Position numbers and translations under genes: made by a program
Assembly (NCBI GenBank): GCA_043718025.1
Contig: JAYSWN010000140.1
Location: 1 to 25,750, forward strand
Direction: 5' to 3'
DNA: 25,750 nt
Source of the DNA: Pseudomonadota bacterium
Lineage (GTDB): Bacteria; Bdellovibrionota; FAC87; UBA2466
In this document: positions 18,745 through 25,750 of the stretch, piece by piece
How positions within the stretch are numbered: position 1 is the first letter of the stretch
How the letters are laid out: every line of letters starts with the position of its first letter
The notes under the pieces: model-generated
Databases searched by the model: none
Told to the model about the DNA's origin: nothing
What the model saw: the letters and a program-made list of their open reading frames with translations, nothing else

Positions 18745-20193
18745 ATGGCTATGAGACTGCGTCGAACGAAGATCATTGGAACGATTGGCCCGGCTGTCGA
18801 TAATAAAGCGGCGCTGATGCGGCTGGCGCAAGAGGGCATGGATGCGGCGCGGCTCAATTTTTCGCACGGAAACCACCTAGGTTTCACCCGTACTATCAAA
18901 GACCTGCGCGAGATTTCTAAAGAGCTGAAACGGCCCATCGCGATTATGGCCGATCTGCAAGGCCCCAAGATTCGCATCGCCAAATTAAAGGGCGGACAGG
19001 TCACCATTAAAGAAGGGCAAACCGTTTACTTTACGTCGGAGGCCATCGAAGGCGGCGAGATCGACGGTAAAATGGTGCTCACCTGCGGCTACAAAGACTT
19101 TGTGCGCGACGTTTCGATTGGCCACACCGTGCTGCTCGACGACGGCTTAATGGATCTTTCGGTCGAAGGGCGCGAAGGCAACTTGCTAAAGTGCCGGGTG
19201 ACTAACGGTGGAATGGTAAAAGAGAATAAGGGCATCAACGTGCCGGAGGCCTCATTTTCCGCCAGTGCCATTACCGAAAAAGACTACGCGGATATTCTGT
19301 TTTGCGTTGACCAGCAGGTTGATTTTATTGCCCTCTCCTTTGTGCGAACGGCACAAGAGGTGCGCCACCTAAAAGAGTTTATCTCTTCGCGAAATAAATT
19401 GATTCGCGTCCTCGCAAAAATTGAAAAGCGCGACGCGCTGACCAACCTCGATGAGATCATCGACGCCGCCGACGGCGTGCTGGTGGCGCGTGGCGACTTG
19501 GCGGTGGAAGTGGGCAATGAACGCGTGCCGGTGCTACAGAAAAAGATCACCCGTCGCTGCAATCTTAAGGGAAAAACGGTAATCATCGCCACCCAGATGT
19601 TGATGTCGATGGTGTCGTCGCCGCGGCCGTCCAGGGCTGAAGCTTCTGACGTGGCCAACGCGATTGTCGATGGTGCCGATGCGCTGATGCTCAGTAATGA
19701 AACCGCGGTGGGCGAATTTCCGTACGAGTCGGTGCGGATGATGGGCAAAATTATTGAAGAGATGGAAATTGAACCGGCCCCGCCGCCGATTCTTGCTGCC
19801 GAATGGGTGCTTGGCGCGCCGGGTCATCAGGCGATGGCGCTATTACAGAGCTCGGTTCGGCTGGCCATGGTGCTTAAGGCCAAGTTGATGGTGATCGTCA
19901 CGCAGTCGGGCCAGTCGGCCCTCTTAGCGTCTAAATGTCGCCCGTCAAATCCGATAGTTGCCGCCACCTCCTGTAAAGAAACTTACTTTCAAACGGCCCT
20001 GTTTTGGGGGGTTCATGCGGTATGGATTGAGGACATGGAAAGCCTTATTGCCAGCACGGCCGTGTTCGAAGCGATAGGCCAACGGCTTCTCGCCTGGCAT
20101 GTGGTCGGAACTGGAGATAAACTGGTGATGACGGCGGGACTTCCCCGCCTGGAGCATGGCTCTACCAATACCATTCAAGTGCTTACGGTTTAA
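18745..20193 (+). CDS. pyk: Pyruvate kinase
   Basis: RRTKIIGTIGP, ARLNFSHG, DLQGPKIR, AKIE, VARGDLAVE, ATQMLMSM, RAEASDVANAIVDGADALMLSNETA; alternative start ATG 18751. Confidence 0.97.
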   Translation: MAMRLRRTKIIGTIGPAVDNKAALMRLAQEGMDAARLNFSHGNHLGFTRTIKDLREISKELKRPIAIMADLQGPKIRIAKLKGGQVTIKEGQTVYFTSEAIEGGEIDGKMVLTCGYKDFVRDVSIGHTVLLDDGLMDLSVEGREGNLLKCRVTNGGMVKENKGINVPEASFSASAITEKDYADILFCVDQQVDFIALSFVRTAQEVRHLKEFISSRNKLIRVLAKIEKRDALTNLDEIIDAADGVLVARGDLAVEVGNERVPVLQKKITRRCNLKGKTVIIATQMLMSMVSSPRPSRAEASDVANAIVDGADALMLSNETAVGEFPYESVRMMGKIIEEMEIEPAPPPILAAEWVLGAPGHQAMALLQSSVRLAMVLKAKLMVIVTQSGQSALLASKCRPSNPIVAATSCKETYFQTALFWGVHAVWIEDMESLIASTAVFEAIGQRLLAWHVVGTGDKLVMTAGLPRLEHGSTNTIQVLTV

Positions 20194-20237
20194 TCCCTGC
20201 GGGGCTAAAAAACCGAATTCTCATTTAGCGAGCGATT

Positions 20238-20516
20238 ATGATTAGCCTATCGGCAGTGCTACGGTTTTTTGCCATCGCGTTGTTGCTACTCAATGGTTAC
20301 GCCGCTTTCTTTTCGCGCCGGGGCCTTCGCGACTTGGGGCGCATAAAAAATGAAAATGCCGCGTTGACCGAACGTCTGGTGCAAGTGAAAGCGGAACGAG
20401 AAAATTTAGAAAAAAAAGTGGCGGGCATTAAGGGCGATGCGCGGGAACAAGAGCGTGCCGTACGCCAGACGTTGGGATACGTGCGTCCCGGCGAAGTGAT
20501 GATAGAGTTTCCTTAA
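20238..20516 (+). CDS. ftsB: Septum formation initiator (FtsB/DivIC family)
   Basis: 92 aa: TM helix, coiled coil, ERAVRQTLGYVRPGE motif. Confidence 0.85.
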   Translation: MISLSAVLRFFAIALLLLNGYAAFFSRRGLRDLGRIKNENAALTERLVQVKAERENLEKKVAGIKGDAREQERAVRQTLGYVRPGEVMIEFP

Positions 20517-20533
20517 AAAAAGCGGAGAAGAAA

Positions 20534-21583
20534 ATGCATTACCGTGTGCTTGCCCCAACTCGAACCGATTTAGCGGGCGGAACCCTCGACATCTGGCCTC
20601 TCTACAATTTTTTTGGCGCCTCAAAAACCGTAAACGTAGCCATCGATCTTTTTGCGGAAGTTACGGTTAAAACCGAAAAGCACAAGGGCTGCGAAGTAAA
20701 TCTGTGGTCGCCAAATAACGAAAAGGCCACGTTCACCAAAATTCCTTCTCGAGCCGAAATAGATAAATTGCCGCAAGGGCTCCGTTTTCCATCGTGGGTA
20801 GTCACCAACTATTTGGCGCGCTTGCCCGAGCTACCCTCGGTGCGCATGGAAATTCACTACAAAACGGCCGCACCCGCTAAAAGTGGGTTGGGTGGAAGCT
20901 CGAGCCTCTGCGTAGCCTTGATTCGTGGCATTGCGCGGTACTTTAACGACTACGTCGAGCAAGGCTGGCAACTTAAGTTGCTTGAATGGGCCCGCGATGT
21001 AGAAGCGGCTTACTTACACGTGCCCACCGGAAACCAAGATTATTTGGCGGCCCTGTTCGGGGGATTAAAGAGTTACCAATGGGATGTCGGTGGTCTCACC
21101 GTTGAGTCTTATTCAGAATCTGTGTTTGAAGCGCTTAGCCTACGAACCATGGTGCTCTTCTCCGGAGAAACGCACGACAGTGGTGCCAGCAACTGGGAGA
21201 TTTATAAGGGAGCGATCGAAGGGCGCCCCGAAATCACCGAGGGCTTAGCCACTATTCGTGAAATCGCTAACGGCGTGCACCAAGAGCTGGAGTCGGGCTC
21301 ACTCAATTGGTCTTTTATCGGAGGACTGTTGAACGACGAATGGCGCGTGCGTCGTGAGCTATTTAAAGTAAACACCCCTCGCTTGGATGAAATTGTTTTG
21401 TTCTTAAAGAAAGAGGGCGTGCTCGCCGCCAAGGTGTGCGGAGCCGCATCGGGGGGAAGTCTTTTGGTGCTGTGCGAACCCTCCTTGCGCGCCAAAGTGG
21501 CGGACAAATGCAAAGCCGCTGGAATCACGGTTTTGAATACCCGTCCCCACGCTAAAGGCGTCTCAATCGAAGACCTCGCCTAA
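20534..21583 (+). CDS. GHMP-family kinase, HddA/fucokinase-like sugar(-phosphate) kinase
   Basis: APTRTDLAGGTLD, ATP loop APAKSGLGGSSS, TGNQD, AKVCGAASGG. Confidence 0.88.
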   Translation: MHYRVLAPTRTDLAGGTLDIWPLYNFFGASKTVNVAIDLFAEVTVKTEKHKGCEVNLWSPNNEKATFTKIPSRAEIDKLPQGLRFPSWVVTNYLARLPELPSVRMEIHYKTAAPAKSGLGGSSSLCVALIRGIARYFNDYVEQGWQLKLLEWARDVEAAYLHVPTGNQDYLAALFGGLKSYQWDVGGLTVESYSESVFEALSLRTMVLFSGETHDSGASNWEIYKGAIEGRPEITEGLATIREIANGVHQELESGSLNWSFIGGLLNDEWRVRRELFKVNTPRLDEIVLFLKKEGVLAAKVCGAASGGSLLVLCEPSLRAKVADKCKAAGITVLNTRPHAKGVSIEDLA

Positions 21584-21606
21584 ATCCAAAGCCTTAAGAC
21601 TTTGGC

Positions 21607-21635
21607 TTGAAGCTTAAGATATGGTTCGGTAGCTT
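21607..21635 (+). promoter_or_regulatory. Sigma70-type promoter 6 nt upstream of ATG 21642
   Basis: TTGAAG (21607-21612), 17 nt, TAGCTT (21630-21635); no SD before the ATG. Confidence 0.55.
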
Positions 21636-21641
21636 CGTGCG

Positions 21642-22862
21642 ATGGGTAGGTTGTTGGGGTTGGTATTAGGCTGCGCCTTAATTGGTGCGGTTGCCGTTGG
21701 GGCGACGGATTCAGTAGGTGGGCTGGCCCCGCATCTTTCGCCGGGGGCCTTGGCAAAATGGCTGGCCGATTTAAAGGGCCCCTTTCGCGGAAAAGACGCC
21801 GAGCAGCTGGAGCTGGATTACCAAGCCTTTGTGCAGCCGCAGACCTTCCGCGATCTTCAAGCCATTTACGACCCCAAAAACGCCGATAAAGTTCAAGTGG
21901 TTTATCCTTCGTTCACGGCGGAGGGGAACACCCCCTCGCCGGATTTGGGGTTTGGGCTGCACGTCGTGAAACGGCTGGTTTTGGAATTGCCAAGTGGCGG
22001 GCAAAAAGTGATCGACGTGAACGAACACTGGGCAGAAAACCGCCGCGATCATGGTCTTTACCTTCCTGACGAAATTCGCATCAAAACCAGAGTGATCGAT
22101 GGTCAACGATACGTGCCGGGTAGTGAGCGGCAGTATTTTTTTGATTCCATACGTTTGGCCTGGGACGAGGCTAACCAAATTTCGATTCATCGACGCACGC
22201 GTTTTATCCGTCGCGATAGCCAGATTAATAAAATAAAAAAAATGCGGGTGGCGGTAAGCGCGCCGATTTCTTGCATGGCGTGTCACGACTCGGGAAGCAC
22301 CTTGCCCGAAAAATTTTTACAAAAAGGCGAGCGTATTAACCGCGAATCGGTGGTTCAGGATAGCTTTTTTACGAAGCCCTTCGATCAGATGTTTGGCTAC
22401 CAAGAGTACGTGGCGCATTTGAAAGAGAATAATGTCAGCGCTGATTTTGTTGAGCGAGTGAAACGAGACTTAGCAGATCCAAAAATTGCCTTCGCGGTGC
22501 CGGGGCTCTTTGCGGGGCTCGAAAAGGGGATTTCGGCCTTTGCCTGGCTGGATGAGGATCAAGAATTAACCAAAAATGCATTTCAAAAAGAGAACAGCCA
22601 GGGGGTCTACAAGCGAAATGGAATTTGGTACCTCGATGCCATTGAAGAGATTTTTGAGGGCAAATACCGGTATTGGAATCCGACTACGGCGGTACCCAGG
22701 GGCTTGGTGACAAGCGTAACTGCGGAAAACCAACAAAAGGAACATTGCGCAAAGTATCTCTGCCCTTTGCCAACCTCGCCGCTTCGCGGAGGAGGCGAAG
22801 TGAGCAACTTTACCAAAAACTCTTCTGGTACTCACGCGCCAGCGCCCCACAGGCGCCCTTAA
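21642..22862 (+). CDS. Exported putative c-type cytochrome (single CxxCH)
   Basis: Signal peptide; PISCMACHD haem-attachment motif mid-protein. Confidence 0.75.
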   Translation: MGRLLGLVLGCALIGAVAVGATDSVGGLAPHLSPGALAKWLADLKGPFRGKDAEQLELDYQAFVQPQTFRDLQAIYDPKNADKVQVVYPSFTAEGNTPSPDLGFGLHVVKRLVLELPSGGQKVIDVNEHWAENRRDHGLYLPDEIRIKTRVIDGQRYVPGSERQYFFDSIRLAWDEANQISIHRRTRFIRRDSQINKIKKMRVAVSAPISCMACHDSGSTLPEKFLQKGERINRESVVQDSFFTKPFDQMFGYQEYVAHLKENNVSADFVERVKRDLADPKIAFAVPGLFAGLEKGISAFAWLDEDQELTKNAFQKENSQGVYKRNGIWYLDAIEEIFEGKYRYWNPTTAVPRGLVTSVTAENQQKEHCAKYLCPLPTSPLRGGGEVSNFTKNSSGTHAPAPHRRP

Positions 22863-24030
22863 GTTTTACGTGATTGTGAAACCGCATAATATCGTCCATT
22901 GATCCTGCCAACTCGGCATCTAACGGGTCGTTCTTGAATCGGCGCTCAATCCATCGAAATTCGGCCAAATGCTCTTTTATTTCTAAATTGGTTTCGGCCA
23001 AGTGGCGCAGCATTCGGTTCATCACCAGGTCGGTGAGCTCCAGAACGCCATTTTCGTAGGGCTCTTCAAAGTCTTTAGGAATGCCGCCGTGGAAAAAGTA
23101 AGGCTCTACATCCGGCGGCACCACCAGCTCGGTAGAAAACTTTTTGGGGCTAAAACCCACCGCGCGCAGTAAGAAGGCAAAAACATTTCTGGGCGTGGGT
23201 TCAGTCCATTTGGCCAGGGGTTGCACCGCGGTTTCACCAAACATCTCTACCAAATTTACTTTCAGTGTTTCCGGCATCTCTTTGCAAGCCAGCCGGCTCA
23301 TCGCGAAAAGGGGCCTAATTTTTTGGTAACGCGGATGAGTTTGTAGCGAGGCGGCCAGCGCGTCCGCTTGATAAGCAAAGAGGGCCGAGCCGAGTCTGAA
23401 GTTGGGTCGAAATCGCAAGCGGCCACGGCGTTGCGTTTCGTAGGGAGAGGCGTCCGATCCCGGCAGTCTTTTGAGCGAGCGATAGCGTGGGCCAGAAGAG
23501 TGTTTTTCGTTAAACGTTTTTAGGTTCGTGAGTTCTTCGTTCGTCGGATTGTCGTCGGCGCTTCCGTAGGCTCCGGGCCATTCAGGATAGCGTTCCCAAT
23601 TGGGCCGCAATCGATTGGTATGGCAGCCCATGCACAGTGAAGGGTTGGCGGGTGAAAAATCGACGGTCTTGGTGGTGTCGCCTTCCGGAAATCGAATTTG
23701 GCGAAATTCAAACTCACGGCGATCGGCCCGGAACTGAATGACCTCTAAAGTGTCGAAACCATTTAATTGCGGATCCCCGCCAAAACTGATCACCAGTTTG
23801 GCGTCTTTACCAAACAGAATTCCGCGCGGGGCGGTGGGGCTTGCCCCTTGCAGGCTGCGGGAGGTGTGCATGAGAGTGTAATGCTCGTGAAATTCGGGGG
23901 GAAGCTGGGGAATGACGTCTTCGATGCGGGTCAGTCGCTGGCTTTCAATGAGTTCCCGAAGCCCTTCGTAGGTGAGAGCCTGAATTTGGGTAACGCCAAA
24001 CCAAAGTAGCAGTGCCGAAAGCCGTCGCAT
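22810..24030 (-). CDS. Exported putative c-type cytochrome (single CxxCH)
   Basis: ATG 24030 with G-rich SD, signal peptide MRRLSALLLWFGVTQIQA; NPSLCMGCH followed by LRPNWERYPEWPGAYGS. Confidence 0.78.
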   Translation of the reverse strand: MRRLSALLLWFGVTQIQALTYEGLRELIESQRLTRIEDVIPQLPPEFHEHYTLMHTSRSLQGASPTAPRGILFGKDAKLVISFGGDPQLNGFDTLEVIQFRADRREFEFRQIRFPEGDTTKTVDFSPANPSLCMGCHTNRLRPNWERYPEWPGAYGSADDNPTNEELTNLKTFNEKHSSGPRYRSLKRLPGSDASPYETQRRGRLRFRPNFRLGSALFAYQADALAASLQTHPRYQKIRPLFAMSRLACKEMPETLKVNLVEMFGETAVQPLAKWTEPTPRNVFAFLLRAVGFSPKKFSTELVVPPDVEPYFFHGGIPKDFEEPYENGVLELTDLVMNRMLRHLAETNLEIKEHLAEFRWIERRFKNDPLDAELAGSMDDIMRFHNHVKLKGACGALAREYQKSFW

Positions 24031-24186
24031 GTCCAACCCCCCCAAAGAGTGAGGGGCACAGTTTCGCTCGGGGGGAGGTTTAGGTCACTGCCGGGCGTGT
24101 TAACGCCTTCATTGCGGGTCGGGGAAGGCCACAATATTTTGCGAAGTGGTGTGGTTTTATGCTAAATCGTCATCTTCTTTGGCTAT

Positions 24187-24262
24187 GCCCTCATCGTCTA
24201 GAGGCCTAGGACGGTACCCTCTCACGGTACAGACACCAGTTCGAATCTGGTTGGGGGTACCA
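24187..24262 (+). tRNA. tRNA-Glu (anticodon CTC)
   Basis: Cloverleaf: acceptor GCCCTCA/TGGGGGT, D-arm GTCTAGAGGCCTAGGAC, anticodon stem GTACC/GGTAC with loop CT-CTC-AC (CTC at 24221-24223), T-arm ACCAG-TTCGAAT-CTGGT, encoded CCA; 76 nt. Confidence 0.96.
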
Positions 24263-24263
24263 G

Positions 24264-24313
24264 GAAAAGGTGCCCATCCCCTTTCCGGCCGGAAAGGGGA
24301 TGGGCACCTTTTC
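24264..24313. terminator. Perfect 50-bp palindrome, probable tRNA terminator
   Basis: GAAAAGGTGCCCATCCCCTTTCCGG|CCGGAAAGGGGATGGGCACCTTTTC; arms are exact reverse complements, ends in TTTT. Confidence 0.8.
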
Positions 24314-24321
24314 TACGCACC

Positions 24322-25638
24322 ATGCTTTTGAGTTACCGCGATCCCCAATTTTGGAAGAAATTCTACGCCGAGCACTGGCTGCCACGGGTACCCACCGTAA
24401 TTGGCCAACCGTTTAAGGTCTTTCCCTTCTCCGAGGAGACGCTGCTCCAGGCCATGAAAGCCTTTGAAGTCGGGGTAAGAGGTGGCGATCTGAGGAGCAC
24501 CTGCCTACTTTCAGTTGGCGATTCGGAAAAGGCGCCGCGCCGTCCGCTTAAGGAGCTATTTCGGCAGCCAAGCGGATCCATGGCGGAGCTGGAGCAAAAC
24601 ATCTCCCGCGTATTCTCCAAGCAGAACTTTGGTTTGATGGTCACGCATTTTCAAGCCGTTGATCCCGGCATTTGGAGCGCCATCACCGCGTTTCTTCAGG
24701 ACGCCCGTCACTGCGTTGATTTTCCCGTACCGCGCGCGTTTTTGGATCTTTTTTACGGTAACTACTCAAGCTCTTTCACCGGACTTCACAAGGACACTCA
24801 AGAGATTCTGGCGTTTGTGGTTAAAGGAGAAAAAAGAATTTTGACGTGGCCGTTTGATTATTTTCTCTCGAAAGTGGAAGGGCTTACTCCGGCCGCTAAG
24901 TACTTTCATATGCGGCTTGATATTGATTACCGAAAGTACCGTAAAGATGCATTGGTTCTAGAGGCCCGGGCGGGCGACATGTTTTATTGGCCTTCCGACC
25001 GTTGGCACGTCGCCGAAGCCCAACCCGGCCATTTCTCGGCGATGATAAGCCTTGGGCTTTTTCGGCCGGACGCCGTGCCCCCCAAACAGAGTCCGGATCG
25101 TTTTAGGGAAAAGTTAATGTCCGCTAGCTCCAAAGCGCTGCGATCGCAGGAGATGACCAAAGTGGTGACCAAGCCCGATGCGGCTCGGGCTTTGCGCTGG
25201 GTGACTGGCTTTGGCTTTGAGCTCGGAGGGCCAATTGCGGAAAATCCAGCCGGCAAGCCGCACGAAGCTCAGGCCAGCGTAACCGTGGTGAAGAAAAAAA
25301 ATAGCCTAGTGCTTTGGAAAGTAGACCAGGCCCACCTTCGGATACTTGTGGCCACCAACGGGCATTCGATCACCCTTGGGCATTCTTCTCGGCTCGTGCG
25401 TCTGCTTGAGCAAATCTGCCGGGGCGAGTTGGTTACTGTTTCCCATTCTCGCCCGCTGAAGCGCGGTGATGGCGCCAAGGTCTTTGAAACCAATTGGAAC
25501 AAGCGGTGTGAGCTCAAAACGCGCAAGCTACTCTCTTTGCGCGACCCCGGTGCCCATCTCGTCGACTGGCTGCTTCGGGTGCACGCGGTCGAGCGAAAGG
25601 GCGTTGGAAAGCGTTGCGCCCGCGACCTTTTCAGCTGA
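24322..25638 (+). CDS. JmjC/cupin-fold 2-oxoglutarate-Fe(II) oxygenase
   Basis: TGLHKD (HxD), VVKGEKR (2OG-binding Lys), AGDMFYWPSDRWHVAE (distal His). Confidence 0.88.
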   Translation: MLLSYRDPQFWKKFYAEHWLPRVPTVIGQPFKVFPFSEETLLQAMKAFEVGVRGGDLRSTCLLSVGDSEKAPRRPLKELFRQPSGSMAELEQNISRVFSKQNFGLMVTHFQAVDPGIWSAITAFLQDARHCVDFPVPRAFLDLFYGNYSSSFTGLHKDTQEILAFVVKGEKRILTWPFDYFLSKVEGLTPAAKYFHMRLDIDYRKYRKDALVLEARAGDMFYWPSDRWHVAEAQPGHFSAMISLGLFRPDAVPPKQSPDRFREKLMSASSKALRSQEMTKVVTKPDAARALRWVTGFGFELGGPIAENPAGKPHEAQASVTVVKKKNSLVLWKVDQAHLRILVATNGHSITLGHSSRLVRLLEQICRGELVTVSHSRPLKRGDGAKVFETNWNKRCELKTRKLLSLRDPGAHLVDWLLRVHAVERKGVGKRCARDLFS

Positions 25639-25750
25639 AAAGTAGATGGGCACACTGCTGTCCGGTTCGCTGCGGTGCGCGTTAACGCCATTTCCGTCCT
25701 TGCGAGGGTTCGAAGAACCCGTGGCAATCTTCCCAGCATTGAAAACTATC
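25528..25750 (-). CDS. Possible 3' end of a gene entering from the right edge
   Basis: Open frame from 25749 to the stop at 25530-25528: IVFNAGKIATGSSNPRKDGNGVNA...; GSSNPRKDG loosely recalls the gamma-glutamyltransferase C-terminal GASDPRxDG motif. Confidence 0.3.
   Translation of the reverse strand, partial: IVFNAGKIATGSSNPRKDGNGVNAHRSEPDSSVPIYFSAEKVAGATLSNALSLDRVHPKQPVDEMGTGVAQRE

Noticed and set aside
18688..18876. ORF-track N-terminal extension of the OmpA gene (530 aa)
   Set aside because: It overlaps pyk on the opposite strand; a clean signal peptide starts at ATG 18687.
24083..24130. GTCACTG...GGGGAAGGCC resembling the 3' half of a cobalamin riboswitch
   Set aside because: Upstream core and downstream B12 box are missing, and the + strand leads into a tRNA rather than a B12-related gene.
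24146..24331. 61-aa ORF spanning the tRNA
   Set aside because: Explained entirely by tRNA-Glu and the palindrome.
25269..25739. 156-aa minus-strand ORF from the track
   Set aside because: Mostly antisense to the JmjC gene with Arg/Ser/Thr-rich shadow composition; a different frame is a better candidate for an incoming gene.
1..25750. CRISPR arrays, transposases, integrases, reverse transcriptases, toxin-antitoxin or defence genes
   Set aside because: No regularly spaced repeats or diagnostic protein motifs were seen by eye; a dot-plot and HMM scan would be needed to exclude weak cases.

Overview
Bacterial chromosomal window of moderate GC. The gene styles (SurA-like+DsbA fusion, many orphan signal-peptide proteins, single-CxxCH secreted proteins) suggest a Bdellovibrionota/deltaproteobacterial-type organism; this is inference only. 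Housekeeping genes: a minus-strand run ltaE-lepB-dnaE-hypothetical-dsbA ending in a strong terminator, fumC-SDR, an OmpA-family gene divergent from pyk-ftsB-GHMP kinase, and tRNA-Glu(CTC). Between them lie orphan secreted proteins, a SAM methyltransferase, a DoxX protein, two convergent c-type haem (CxxCH) proteins and a JmjC oxygenase. I found no CRISPR array, integrase, transposase or recognisable defence system, and I cannot claim a complete new system. Best leads: (i) sigma70 promoters placed directly on start codons (leaderless mRNAs), including an apparent CTG start for ltaE; (ii) a ~700-aa secreted protein split by one or two single-base frameshifts, one at an A8 run; (iii) a perfect spacer-less 50-bp palindrome between the tRNA and the JmjC gene; (iv) two dissimilar ~400-aa exported mono-haem proteins.
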